This document shows positions 17,549 through 27,041 of a DNA stretch of 64,000 nt, one piece after another (within the stretch, counting starts at the first letter, position 1; each line of letters opens with the position of its first letter). The translations under genes and the position numbers were made by a program. This DNA comes from an uncultured delta proteobacterium. GTDB taxonomy: Bacteria > Myxococcota_A > Polyangia > Fen-1088. The stretch lies in assembly GCA_963767925.1 (NCBI GenBank), contig CAVYGB010000008.1, forward strand, positions 1,056,001-1,120,000, read 5' to 3'. The notes under the pieces were generated by a model. It searched no databases, was not told where the DNA came from, and was given only the letters and a program-made list of their open reading frames with translations.

Positions 17549-18019
17549 CTAGCGCTTGCGCGCCGAGCGGGCGCGGGCGGCGGCCGGTCTCGCCGCAGCC
17601 ACCAGCCGGTGGCTCTCCTCCACCAGGGCCTCCACCTCGGCCCAGTCCACCTTCTTGCTGAGGTCGAGCGACACCCAGCCGTGTTTTCCGACGTAGGCGG
17701 CGATCGTGAAGCGTTCGTCCGAGCTCACCAGCGCCGCCTGCAGATCGAAGCTCGTCTTGACCGATATCGACGCCGTCTCCTCGTCGGCCCCGAAGCCGGC
17801 GAAGATCTTGCCCGCTACCCGGAAGGTGGGGTGGCCCCAGGCCTCCACCTCGGTGCTGTCGGGCAGCGACAGGCAGATCGGTCGCAGCTTCGCCAGCAAG
17901 CGCCGCGCGAGCGGGGAGCTGTCCAGCTTGGCGGGTTTCTTGGCTGGAGGGGCGGCCCTGGCGGGGGGAGGGGGGGCGGGCCTGGCGCGGGCCGGAGGGG
18001 CTTTCTTCTTGGCAGGCAT
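17549..18019 (-). CDS. MmcQ/YjbR family DNA-binding protein
   Basis: ICLSLP...WGHPTFRVAGKIFA...AAYVGKHGWV...LVEESHRLV; basic Pro/Ala/Lys-rich N-terminal tail. Confidence 0.85.
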   Translation of the reverse strand: MPAKKKAPPARARPAPPPPARAAPPAKKPAKLDSSPLARRLLAKLRPICLSLPDSTEVEAWGHPTFRVAGKIFAGFGADEETASISVKTSFDLQAALVSSDERFTIAAYVGKHGWVSLDLSKKVDWAEVEALVEESHRLVAAARPAAARARSARKR

Positions 18020-18052
18020 GCGGACAGGTTACGTCAGGAGACCCGTGGCCGG

Positions 18053-19201
18053 TCAGGGTGCGCCGGCCCCCGACCGCCGGGAGCAGTGGCTGGCGGCGGT
18101 GCCACCCAGACAGATGCCGGCCGGCGCGCAGGGCGCGTCCGAATCGCAGGGCTTGGGCGCGCACAGGGTGGCCGCGCCGGCGCCGCCCGAGGCGGCCTCC
18201 CAGCCCAGAGGACCCGCCCGCCCGGGGGGCGCGCAAGCGAGCAGGGGGTCGCCCCGACAGGCTTCGGGCGTGTCGCAGGGGCGCAGGCAGAGCTTGCGTC
18301 CATCCCGGAAGGAAGCGCAGGTGGTCCCGGTGGGGCAGGTTCGCCCGGTGCAGTCGAACGAGCAGACGCCGAGGGCGCCGAGATCGGCGCAGAGGCCGCT
18401 CAGGCACAGGTCCTTCTGGGGCTCGCCGGTGCCACCGCGGCAGGCGGCCCCCAGCTCCCCGGGGAATCGATAGAAGCAGGCCCGCTCCCAGCGCTCGGGC
18501 GTTTCCGCCGCGGGCAGGGCCCGGCAGGCCTGACCGGTGGCGCAGTCGCCGTCGTCGGTGCAGCGCCGGAGGCAGCGCCGTCCTCGCCAGGCCTCGCCCT
18601 CGGCCGAGGCGGGGTCGGCGCCCAGCCCCAGGTCGGCGCAGAAGGCGTTCTCCGGGCAACCGGCGCCTCCCTCACAGGCCTGGGTGCACAGCCCGCGCGG
18701 GAAGGCGCTGGGGCACTGTGAGGCCAGGCCACAGAGACAGGAAAACCCCGGCTCGCACTGCCGCTCGAGGTCGCAGACTCCGCCGAGGGGGTTGGGCGTG
18801 ACAACCACGAACGCCTTGCGCGTCTGCATGGCCAGGGCGGGCGCGCCGAGCAGGCTGACGTCGTAGCTCTCGGGGAGGGTATAGGTGTGCGTAGGCAGAG
18901 CCTCGAACGACTTGGCCAGGTCTCCGAAGTCCCAGAGGAAGCGGGTGACCACCCCGGACGTGATGGGGACGAAGGTCAGGGTCAGCGGCGCGGGCCCGCG
19001 ACACCGCGGAACGCTGGCATCGAAGTCGGGGCAGCCGATCACGGTGAAGTCCACCGCCAGCACCGTGGGCGGGCCGTCGGGTGACGGCGTGTCGAAAGGA
19101 CTGTCGACGGCGGCATCGACAACCGCCCCCGTCTCTCCCGAGCAGGACGCTGGCAACGCCCCGAGCAGGGCGAGCGCGGCAGGGGCAGCGCAGCGGCGCA
19201 T
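18053..19201 (-). CDS. Cys-rich PKD-domain lipoprotein
   Basis: Lipobox-like LPASC; APLTLTF...FLWDFGD...PTHTYT..YDVSL (PKD); Cys-dense C-terminal repeats. Confidence 0.78.
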   Translation of the reverse strand: MRRCAAPAALALLGALPASCSGETGAVVDAAVDSPFDTPSPDGPPTVLAVDFTVIGCPDFDASVPRCRGPAPLTLTFVPITSGVVTRFLWDFGDLAKSFEALPTHTYTLPESYDVSLLGAPALAMQTRKAFVVVTPNPLGGVCDLERQCEPGFSCLCGLASQCPSAFPRGLCTQACEGGAGCPENAFCADLGLGADPASAEGEAWRGRRCLRRCTDDGDCATGQACRALPAAETPERWERACFYRFPGELGAACRGGTGEPQKDLCLSGLCADLGALGVCSFDCTGRTCPTGTTCASFRDGRKLCLRPCDTPEACRGDPLLACAPPGRAGPLGWEAASGGAGAATLCAPKPCDSDAPCAPAGICLGGTAASHCSRRSGAGAP

Positions 19202-19428
19202 GGACCCTATAATCGTCCCGGGTAACCGTGCCGACGTCAAACGGTCCATGGATCGAAACGGGCTGCTTTCACCCTGCGCGTTAGCTGGTCGCAAACTGCC
19301 AAGGTTCTTCCTGTCGGGCGGCTCACGTGTGAAAAGGGTTGTCTCACCGACGGTTGGCAGGTCCCTGGGACCGGGCTAACATCAACCATCATTGGGCCCC
19401 CGCCGGGTCTAGAAAAAGGAGTGGGGGG

Positions 19429-20481
19429 TTGTCCGGGACAGGCAAGAACGGCGCACGCAAAGAATCCGACTTGAGCACCATCGGCTGGGTTGGACTGCGC
19501 CTTCTGCTGGAGAAATCTCCTTCCATCCTCTGGACCACCGACCGCGAGCTGCGCGTGGCCCGCAGCCTGGGCTCGGGGCTCACCGCCCTGGGTCTGCGGC
19601 CCGGCGACTCCGATGGGCTGACGATCTACGAGTTCTTCGGCAACCGCGACGACAGCTTTCCTCCCCTGGCGGCCCACGTCGCCGCCCTGCGCGGCGAGTC
19701 CCGCGACCTCGAGTACCGCTGGAACGGGCGGCTCCTGGGGCTGCACATCGAACCGCTGCGCGACGAGGGAGGCCATTGCATCGGGGTGGTGGGGGTCGGT
19801 CTCGATATCACCGATCGGCGTGATGGCGCCGGCGAGACCCGCCAGCTCCAGGGGGAGGCGGAGGAGGCACGCAACGACCCCGCGCTGTACCAGCTCCTCC
19901 GGTTGCGCCTGGCCGAGCTGTCCGAGGTTCTCACCAGTGTCCTGGACAACGCCGAGAGGCTGGCCAGCCACGGCGTGGGCCACCAGTCCGAGCCCCTCAT
20001 CCAGCTCACCCGGAAGGCCGGGCGCGGCGCGGGCCTGCTGCAAGAGTTGCAGCAAGCCCTGCTCGATCAGCCCCGGTCGGAGAAGCCAGCCGCGGTCGTC
20101 CTGCCGGCCGATGGCGGCGAGACCATCCTCCTCGTCGACGACGAGCCACAGGTCCGCGGCTTCGTCCGCCGGGCCCTGGAGGAGCACGGCTACCGGGTGC
20201 TGGAGACGTCGGCGGTGGACGAGGCGCTGGCGCTCGGCGCCTCTTACCCGGGGCGGATTCACCTGCTGCTGACCGACGTTGTGTTGCCGGGGATGAGCGG
20301 GCCCCAGCTCGCCGCCCGGCTCGCTCCCCTGCGCCCGGAGATGCGGATCCTGTACATGACGGGCTACGCCGACGACGCCATCGTGCACAGGGGCGTCATC
20401 TCGGCCGGCCAGGCCCTGCTGGTCAAGCCCTTCACCTCGCTGGGCCTGGCCCACGAAGTGAAGAAGGCCCTTCGCAACTGA
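19429..20481 (+). CDS. PAS + degenerate HisKA-like helix + receiver domain protein
   Basis: AGGAG then in-frame TTG 19429; PAS (ILWTTDRELR...GVVGVGLDITDR); REC (ETILLVDDE, LLLTDVVLPGMSG, YMTGY, KPF). No HATPase domain. Confidence 0.8.
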   Translation: MSGTGKNGARKESDLSTIGWVGLRLLLEKSPSILWTTDRELRVARSLGSGLTALGLRPGDSDGLTIYEFFGNRDDSFPPLAAHVAALRGESRDLEYRWNGRLLGLHIEPLRDEGGHCIGVVGVGLDITDRRDGAGETRQLQGEAEEARNDPALYQLLRLRLAELSEVLTSVLDNAERLASHGVGHQSEPLIQLTRKAGRGAGLLQELQQALLDQPRSEKPAAVVLPADGGETILLVDDEPQVRGFVRRALEEHGYRVLETSAVDEALALGASYPGRIHLLLTDVVLPGMSGPQLAARLAPLRPEMRILYMTGYADDAIVHRGVISAGQALLVKPFTSLGLAHEVKKALRN

Positions 20482-20497
20482 GCCGCCCCGAAGCTGG

Positions 20498-21715
20498 TCA
20501 GTCGGAGGGGCCGACGTGGAGCTGGCAGACCTCGAGGTAACGCGAGTCGAGCCAGTCGGGTGGCGTCGGGTAGTCCGGAGGCAGGCCACCTAGCTCGAGC
20601 AGGGCGCCTCGCCGACCCGCCCGGCGCAGCCCGAGCGCGACGTGCTCGAGCACCGAGGGGCCCCGCCGCGGATTGCCCGAGACCCAGAGCAGCCCACCGC
20701 TGGCCGGGAGCAGCTTGGCTCCCAGGGCGATCAGATCCGGATAGTCCCGCTTCATCGACCAGGACGAGGCCCGCGCCGCCGAGACCGTCGGTGGGTCGAA
20801 GATGATGGTGTCGTATTCGACCTTGCGCTCCTCGGCCTTCTCGAGAAAGCGCCGGACGTCGGAGGTCTCGAACCGGAAACGACTGTCCTTGGGGTCGAGG
20901 CCCGCCAGCCGGAAGTTCTCCTCTGCCCAGGCCAGCACACCGGACGAGAGATCGACGCTGGTGACCTCGGTGGCCCCGGCCAGCGCCGCCGCCACCGATA
21001 GTGCGCCGGTGTAGGCGAACGTGTTGAGCACCCGCCGCCCGGCGGTGAAGCGGGCGATGTTGCGCCGTTGCTCGCGCATATCGGTGAACAACCCGACGTT
21101 GAGCGCGCCCAGCAGGTGCACCTCGAACGGCACGCCCCGCTCCCGCACGACGAGCTTGCGGGGCGGCTCCTCGCCGAGGATCTCCTCCTTGGCCGAGCGG
21201 TCCTGGGGGTCCTTGCCCCGCACCTTGATCACCGCGCCCTGCCAGCCCTGTCCCCCTTCGCGCCCGAGCTCGAGCGCCGCCTCCCCCAGCGTGCGGCCGA
21301 TCGGCAGGAGGCCCCGGGAGGGAACCGACACGACGAGGTAGCTCCCGTAGACGTCGGCGGTCAGGCCGGGGAGCCCATCGCCCTCGGCGTTGACCAGCCG
21401 CCAGGCCTCGTCGGTCCGGTCACCCACCCCCGCCAGCCCCACCGCCTGCCGCAGGGACAGGGCGGTCTTCAGGCGGGTCCGGAAGAAGGCGCCGTCGAAG
21501 CCGCGCACCTCGTGCCGGCTGAAGACGCGGACCAGCCCGTTCTCCGGATCGGCCACCCCGCAGGCCACCACCGCGGCGTCCCGGTCGATGAGGCGCACCG
21601 GGCGGCCCGGCTCCAGCTCCTTGCCGAGCGCCAGCTCCTCCACCCGCAGCTCGGGAGCCCCGCTCTCGAGCCGGATGCGGGCCGTCTCCGGCAAGCTGAT
21701 TCCGAACAGGGCCAT
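20498..21715 (-). CDS. RlmI/RlmK-family class I SAM-dependent rRNA methyltransferase
   Basis: RLVNAEGDGLPGL..D.YG, GLFTDMRE, VLNTFAYTG, SVDLS, IIFDPP. Confidence 0.87.
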   Translation of the reverse strand: MALFGISLPETARIRLESGAPELRVEELALGKELEPGRPVRLIDRDAAVVACGVADPENGLVRVFSRHEVRGFDGAFFRTRLKTALSLRQAVGLAGVGDRTDEAWRLVNAEGDGLPGLTADVYGSYLVVSVPSRGLLPIGRTLGEAALELGREGGQGWQGAVIKVRGKDPQDRSAKEEILGEEPPRKLVVRERGVPFEVHLLGALNVGLFTDMREQRRNIARFTAGRRVLNTFAYTGALSVAAALAGATEVTSVDLSSGVLAWAEENFRLAGLDPKDSRFRFETSDVRRFLEKAEERKVEYDTIIFDPPTVSAARASSWSMKRDYPDLIALGAKLLPASGGLLWVSGNPRRGPSVLEHVALGLRRAGRRGALLELGGLPPDYPTPPDWLDSRYLEVCQLHVGPSD

Positions 21716-21719
21716 CGTC

Positions 21720-23204
21720 TCAGCCCACCGCTCCGGCGGAGACCGGCCCGGGCAGGACGATCTCGTCGCGGTGTCCCTCGCTCCGGAGCGTGGGGGAGGG
21801 CGCCTTGCCCAGCATCTCGCGCAGGGCGGGCTCCAGCTCCGGATGCTGAAAGCGAAAGCCAGCCGCCAGCAGCGCCCGGGGCAAGACCCGGGCGCCCCCC
21901 AGGACGATCGAATCGGCCATCTCTGCGCCGAACAGCAGCCGCAGGGCGAAGGCGGGGACCGGCAGGGCCGCCGGTCGCCCGAGCACGCCGGCCAGGGTGC
22001 GGGTGAAATCCGCGTTCGTCACCGGCTCGGGCGCTGTCACGTTGACCGGACCTCGCAGCCGGTCGTCGTGCAGCATCTGGTAGAGGGCGCCGACGGCATC
22101 GTCGAGGGCCACCCAGCTCATCGGCTGACGGCCGCTGCCGAGCCTGCCCCCCACCCCCGCCCGGAATGGCGTGAGGAAGCGGGGCAGGGCACCGTCGTTC
22201 GGATCGAGCACCGCCCCGAAGCGCGGGTGGACCACCCGGATCCCGCGCGCCGCGGCCGGCGCGGCGGCCGCCTCCCAGGCCGCGGCCACCTCGGCAAGGT
22301 AGTCTCCGGCGGTAGGAGCGGTCTCGTCGAGCGGCGCGTCGGTCGTCGTCCCGTAGATGTTGATCCCCGAGGCGCTCACCAGCACCTTCGGCGGCCGGAG
22401 CAACGAGGCCAGGGCCTCCGCCAGCAGGGACGTCCCCCGCACGCGGCTCTCCCGGATCCGCCGCTTGCGCTCCGCGGTCCAGCGGCCGCCCGCCACGCTC
22501 TCGCCGGCGAGGTGCACGACGGCCCCTAGCCCCTCGAGCGCCTGGGGGTCGAGCTGGCCCCCCTCGGGATCCCAGGCCACCTCGTCGGGACCGAGCTCCG
22601 ACCCGGGACCGCGCCCGCGGACCAGCCGGATCACCCGGTGGCCGGCCGTGCCGAGGAAGGCGGCCAGCGTGCGACCCAGCAGGCCCGACGACCCGCTGAT
22701 CGCGACCGGCAAGCGCTCGCTGTCTCCGGCGGCCGCCTGGCGCGACAGGTCGCGTGCCGTCTGACGGTGGCGGTAAGCGAAGGTGGACACCAGGCGCTCG
22801 CGCAGGAGGACCGGCCCGAGCCAATCACCGAGAGCCCCCGCGGGGAGCTGGTAGCGGATCCGATCTTCCAGCCAGGCCGCGCTGGTGCCGTCGGGTTCGA
22901 CCCGGTGGCGGTGCTCCCAGGCGGCGAAGGGACCCTGGAGCTGGCGATCGTTGAACTCCAGGCCGTCGCGGAAGCCGAAGTGCTCGACCTCCCAGCGCAG
23001 CGGCACCGGTCCCATCTTCATGCGCAGCGAGACGCGGCCGCCGTCGGAGACGCCGCCTTTCCGGGCCAGCACCTCCACCGGATCCCAGGGCGGCGTCAGC
23101 CGCTCGAACGCCCCGGGCCGGGTGTGCCAGGTGAAGACGGTCGGCGCCGGAAAAGGCAACCGCGAGCGCACGAGCAGCTCGCGGGTGGGTTGGGTGGACG
23201 ACAC
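21720..23204 (-). CDS. SRPBCC domain + TIGR01777 (YfcH-like) NAD-dependent epimerase fusion
   Basis: WHTRPGAFERLTPPW, GPFAAWEHRH; ISGSSGLLG, VVHLAGE, GGRLGSGRQPMSWV, GPVNVTAP. Confidence 0.88.
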   Translation of the reverse strand: MSSTQPTRELLVRSRLPFPAPTVFTWHTRPGAFERLTPPWDPVEVLARKGGVSDGGRVSLRMKMGPVPLRWEVEHFGFRDGLEFNDRQLQGPFAAWEHRHRVEPDGTSAAWLEDRIRYQLPAGALGDWLGPVLLRERLVSTFAYRHRQTARDLSRQAAAGDSERLPVAISGSSGLLGRTLAAFLGTAGHRVIRLVRGRGPGSELGPDEVAWDPEGGQLDPQALEGLGAVVHLAGESVAGGRWTAERKRRIRESRVRGTSLLAEALASLLRPPKVLVSASGINIYGTTTDAPLDETAPTAGDYLAEVAAAWEAAAAPAAARGIRVVHPRFGAVLDPNDGALPRFLTPFRAGVGGRLGSGRQPMSWVALDDAVGALYQMLHDDRLRGPVNVTAPEPVTNADFTRTLAGVLGRPAALPVPAFALRLLFGAEMADSIVLGGARVLPRALLAAGFRFQHPELEPALREMLGKAPSPTLRSEGHRDEIVLPGPVSAGAVG

Positions 23205-23247
23205 GGGAGCGGGACGTTAGCGGCCGCCGCCGCACCTGTCGAGAGCC

Positions 23248-24252
23248 TCAGGCCAGCAGGGCGGTCGCGCGCGTGGCGGCTTCCTCGTGCCGGCTGGCCT
23301 CTCCGCTGTTGCTGTCTGGTGTGGACCCGATGCGGGCGAGCACGCCCGCCGGATCGGAGGTGGCGCCCAGCCAGGCCAGCAGCCGCTCGGGCGTGCCGCA
23401 GTCGAACCAGCCCGAGCCTACCACCGGGACCACCGCCAGACCGGGGGCCGCCTGCAGCAGATCCCGGCTGAGGTCGGCGGCCGCCATCCGGTCGTAGCGC
23501 AAGGAGAGCACCTGGTAGGCGCGCCGGTGATGGAGCGCGCGCAGGTACCGCTCGAAGTGGGTCATCATCGCCGGCACGCGGGCGCGGCCGAGCCGCCACA
23601 TCGCCGAGACCCGGCCCACCACGACCATGGTGTTCCAGAGGCCACCGGCGGCCAGCAGCTCCATCGCCTGCTCGTGTGGGGGCTTCTCAGCGAACTCGCG
23701 CACGTCCGAGGCGAAGGAGGCCGACAGCCGTCCCCCCGGGACGATCCAGCCGAGGTCGGTGGCGGGACGGTCGGCGGGCGCGCCCAGCAGGGCGATGCCG
23801 CTGGGGGTGATGCGCGAGGCAAAGCGGGCCTGGCGAATGGCGTTGCACCAGGCGGCGGGAAACTGAACGTGGTGGTCGGCAGGGAAGATCGCGACCTCGG
23901 CCTGCGGATCGCGAGCCCGGACGTGGGCCAGTCCGAGCATCAGGCCCGCGGCGGTCCCCCGGTCCTGCGGCTGGCGCACCAGCTCGATGCCGGGGTAGCC
24001 GGCGAGCTGCGTCCGGGCGGTGGGCTCGTCCTGCTCCGACACGACGACCACAGTGCGCATCGGCGGCGTAAGGCTGGCCGTCCGCTCGACCGTCTCCTGG
24101 ATCAGGGTGCGGGGAGTGGTCAGCGCCACGAACTGCTTCGGCAACCAGCGGCCACACAGGGCTCGGGTGATCGATGCCAGACGTTTCCCCTGGCCCGCAG
24201 CCAGGATGATCGACCAGAGAGCGTTGCCACGGTGTGGCCTTGTTTCCATCAT
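23248..24252 (-). CDS. Mannose-1-phosphate guanylyltransferase-like sugar nucleotidyltransferase
   Basis: IILAAGQGKRL, PKQF, QPQDRGTA, FPADH, FAEKP, LWNT, GWFDCGTPER. Confidence 0.82.
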   Translation of the reverse strand: MMETRPHRGNALWSIILAAGQGKRLASITRALCGRWLPKQFVALTTPRTLIQETVERTASLTPPMRTVVVVSEQDEPTARTQLAGYPGIELVRQPQDRGTAAGLMLGLAHVRARDPQAEVAIFPADHHVQFPAAWCNAIRQARFASRITPSGIALLGAPADRPATDLGWIVPGGRLSASFASDVREFAEKPPHEQAMELLAAGGLWNTMVVVGRVSAMWRLGRARVPAMMTHFERYLRALHHRRAYQVLSLRYDRMAAADLSRDLLQAAPGLAVVPVVGSGWFDCGTPERLLAWLGATSDPAGVLARIGSTPDSNSGEASRHEEAATRATALLA

Positions 24253-24585
24253 GGGTCCCCCTCGCTGGCGTCCCGATTGATGGACGCCTGAGCCGCTCCG
24301 ACTCCGCACGCTCCGTGCCAGGCTGTGACGCGGGCAACGCCGGCGGCCTCGACCCAGGGCGAAGCGCGGCTTGTCGCGATTTCCTCGGGGATCGAGCGGA
24401 TTTTCCGCGGCAGCCCTCAGCGGGTGGGGAGAACCCCTGGCCGCCAGGTATTACCAATCCGAGACACGCGGTCGGGAGCCGTTCCGGTCAGGTAACTGCG
24501 GGCCTGGGGGGCCCGCGCGACCGCTGGGCCATCGATTGGCTCGGGGTCCGCGCTCGAAGTCGCCAGTGTCGGAATTACCCTTGGG

Positions 24586-24658
24586 GGTGAGCGACGGGGA
24601 TTGAACCCGCAGCCCTCGGAGCCACAGTCCGATGCTCTACCATTGAGCTACGCTCACC
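24586..24658 (-). tRNA. tRNA-His (GTG)
   Basis: G-1 + GTGAGCG/CGCTCAC acceptor, TAGCTCAATGGTAGAGC D arm, TCGGA-CTGTGGC-TCCGA anticodon arm, GGTTCAATCC T arm, C73. Followed by CCC-A, so CCA is not exactly encoded. Confidence 0.95.
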
Positions 24659-24929
24659 GTGCCGCCCTCGCGGACGGTGCCCATGTATGCCGCGCGGCGA
24701 GGGGCCCCGTCAAGGCCTACAGGCCTCCACACGACCGCCGGCAGGGCGAATGACGCTCCGGCGAAACCACGGGCGAACCGGCTGTCGAAGCGTCGACGAG
24801 GTGTCGGTCGAGGTGCGGATCCATGCTCGCCGGGTAACGTTCACGTATCCGTGTCCGACGGGATCCCGGTCGGGTTTCCCCTTGCGGTTGCGAGGGTTTG
24901 TCCATTAGCTTCAAGAACGCAAAAGGCCC

Positions 24930-25364
24930 ATGTACGTAAAGATTCGAGCTTTTTTGAGCGGGGTGGTCCTGGTCGGAGCGGTGCTGGTCGGGGATGCCGC
25001 CACCGCAGGCGAAGCAGACGATTTGCAGGTCATGATCGACCGGGCTCGTAACGGGGTGCCCGACCTGGAGCGCCAGGACGATCGTGGCGCGACCCGCGAC
25101 GAGACGACGGTCCTCCGGGTGTGGCTGGACGAGGCCTGGCGGCTCCGCTCGGAGCAGCGGTACGACGACGTCCGCATCGTGCTGGATCGCTGTGAGGCCC
25201 AGGCCGAGCTGATCCGCCAGAAGATCCAGGCCTCGAAGGTGGCGGCCCGCGCCGCCGAACGGGAGAACGACCTCAAGCGCCTGCGCGACAACATGGATAA
25301 GACCAAACGCGCCATCCAGCAGGCCACCCTGGCCAAGGCGGCGCTCGAGGCCCGGTCCAAATGA
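24930..25364 (+). CDS. Secreted helical protein (DUF4398-like), partner of the downstream OmpA protein
   Basis: Signal peptide (..AATA/GE), coiled-coil composition, ATGA overlap with the next gene. Confidence 0.65.
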   Translation: MYVKIRAFLSGVVLVGAVLVGDAATAGEADDLQVMIDRARNGVPDLERQDDRGATRDETTVLRVWLDEAWRLRSEQRYDDVRIVLDRCEAQAELIRQKIQASKVAARAAERENDLKRLRDNMDKTKRAIQQATLAKAALEARSK

Positions 25365-26515
25365 GCGGCCGCTGCCGCTCGCGCGTGCACCTGACCGGGG
25401 GGCTCGCGCTGGCCGCGCTCGTCTCCTGTGCCACCCCCCCCAAGCCGCCCGAGCTGGAGGCGTTCGAACGCATGCGGGCCGATCCCACGCTGGAGGCCGC
25501 CGCCAAGCGCCAGCCCGATCTGGTCAGCAGCTCTGACCAGCTCATGGCCCGGGCCCGCGAGCAGTGGGAGGACAATGAGCTCAACGAGGCCCGGAACTCG
25601 GCCCTGCTCGGACAGATCAAGCTCAAGCACGCGCTGGCCCTCGCTGAACAGGAGAAGTCCCGGCAGCGGATCGCCACCGCCGAGACCGAGATGCAGACCG
25701 CGCAGGAGGAGTACGGCCGTCTGCAGAAGGAGCTCAGCGGGGTCAACGAGCAGGTCGCCCTGCTGAAGCGGCTGCAGGAGTCCACCGTCGAGCGACAGAA
25801 GCTCGCCCAGCAGATAACCACCGAGCAGCTCCGGGCCCAGGCCTCGGATCGGATCTCGGACGCCGAGCTGGCGGTCAAGACCGCGGACACGGTCAACGCC
25901 GGAGCCCACGCCAAGGACGCCTACAGCGCCGCGGTGGACAACCTGGCGCGGGCCCGCCAGGAGATGCAGAGCGGCAACTTCCAGGCGGCCCAGACCAGCG
26001 CCGAGATGGCCAAGGCCAAGGCCGACGAGGCCAGCTCGGTGGCCAAGCCTCTTTACGAGCAGGAGGCCCAGGCCTCCGAGAACAAGGCCCGAGCCGAGGC
26101 GCTGGCCCGGGACGCGGCCGCCATCCCCGGCATCGTCGTCCGCCGGGAAGCGCGCGGCTCGCTGCAGCGGCTGGTGATCCCGCTGGCCGCCGAGCGCCTG
26201 TTCGTCCGCCGGGGCACCAGCGTGGCCCGCGAGAAGGACGCCGGCCTCGATCCCATCGCCAGCTTGCTCAAGAAGTACTCGAGCTATCCGGTGCAGATCG
26301 TCGGTTACACCGACAACCGGGGGCGTCCTGGCGAGCAGCTCGCGTTTTCCCTGGCCCGGGCCGAGTCGGTCTTTTCCTCGCTGGCTCTGCGGGGCGTCGA
26401 TGCCAAGCGCATGGTCGTGAGCGGGCAGGGCGCCGCCGACCCCATCGCCGACAATCGAACCGCCACCGGCCGGGCCCAGAACAACCGGATCGAGATCGTC
26501 TTTCTGTATCAGTAG
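25361..26515 (+). CDS. Lipoprotein with DUF4398-like coiled coils and an OmpA-C peptidoglycan-binding domain
   Basis: Lipobox LVSC; IVGYTDNRG, SLARAESV, G.G...PIADN.T..GRAQNNRIEI. Confidence 0.87.
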   Translation: MSGRCRSRVHLTGGLALAALVSCATPPKPPELEAFERMRADPTLEAAAKRQPDLVSSSDQLMARAREQWEDNELNEARNSALLGQIKLKHALALAEQEKSRQRIATAETEMQTAQEEYGRLQKELSGVNEQVALLKRLQESTVERQKLAQQITTEQLRAQASDRISDAELAVKTADTVNAGAHAKDAYSAAVDNLARARQEMQSGNFQAAQTSAEMAKAKADEASSVAKPLYEQEAQASENKARAEALARDAAAIPGIVVRREARGSLQRLVIPLAAERLFVRRGTSVAREKDAGLDPIASLLKKYSSYPVQIVGYTDNRGRPGEQLAFSLARAESVFSSLALRGVDAKRMVVSGQGAADPIADNRTATGRAQNNRIEIVFLYQ

Positions 26516-27036
26516 CGGTTCCGGGGGTGGGCGAACCACAGCCCGGCGTAGGTCTGGAGGGAGACCAGCCCGCCCTCCCGCACCCGTTCCTCGAGCCAGG
26601 CCGGCACCCGCTCGAGCGGCACGGCGTGCACCCGGATCTGCTCGCCGCCCACGCCGCCGCCCGGCCCCACCTTGTGCAGCCCGCTGGCCCGGACGAAGGT
26701 GATGACCTCGCTCGCCAGGCCGGGCGCGGTGGCGCAGGAGGTGATGATCTCCAGGCGCTGGGCGCTCCAGCCGGTCTCCTCGGTGAGCTCGCGTCCGGCC
26801 GCCTCCAGCAACGGCTCGGCGCTGTTGGCCGGGTCGTCGCCGACCAGCCCGGCGGGCAGCTCGATGATCCAGCGGGAGAGGGCCGGGCGGAACTGCTCGA
26901 GCAGCAGGAGCTCTCCGGCCGGGGTGAGGGCCACCAGCAGGACCACCCCGCCGGGGTGGGGGCGCTCGACGAAGTACCAGCCGTCGCGATCGATGAAGCG
27001 GAGGTAGGGCGTTTCCTGGAGGATCCGGTCGGACAT
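26509..27036 (-). CDS. NUDIX hydrolase (ADP-ribose pyrophosphatase-like)
   Basis: ATG 27036; EQFRP, IELPAGLVG...EAAGRELTEETGW Nudix box. Confidence 0.88.
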   Translation of the reverse strand: MSDRILQETPYLRFIDRDGWYFVERPHPGGVVLLVALTPAGELLLLEQFRPALSRWIIELPAGLVGDDPANSAEPLLEAAGRELTEETGWSAQRLEIITSCATAPGLASEVITFVRASGLHKVGPGGGVGGEQIRVHAVPLERVPAWLEERVREGGLVSLQTYAGLWFAHPRNRY

Positions 27037-27041
27037 CCCGA

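Noticed and set aside
15402..18659. Long antisense/alternate-frame ORFs (for example 15402..18659, 27090..30074, 46083..49367, 55461..57809)
   Set aside because: These are shadow ORFs caused by stop-codon scarcity at high GC; they overlap well-supported genes and carry no recognisable motifs.
23220..24585. Genomic island integrated at the tRNA-His 3' end
   Set aside because: No integrase and no duplicated tRNA 3' end found by eye; flanking genes look like ordinary chromosomal genes.
23248..24658. Guanylyltransferase next to tRNA-His as a Thg1-like tRNA-His G-1 adding system
   Set aside because: The protein has sugar-nucleotidyltransferase motifs (LAAGxGxRL, PKQF, EKP), not the Thg1 fold, and G-1 is already encoded.
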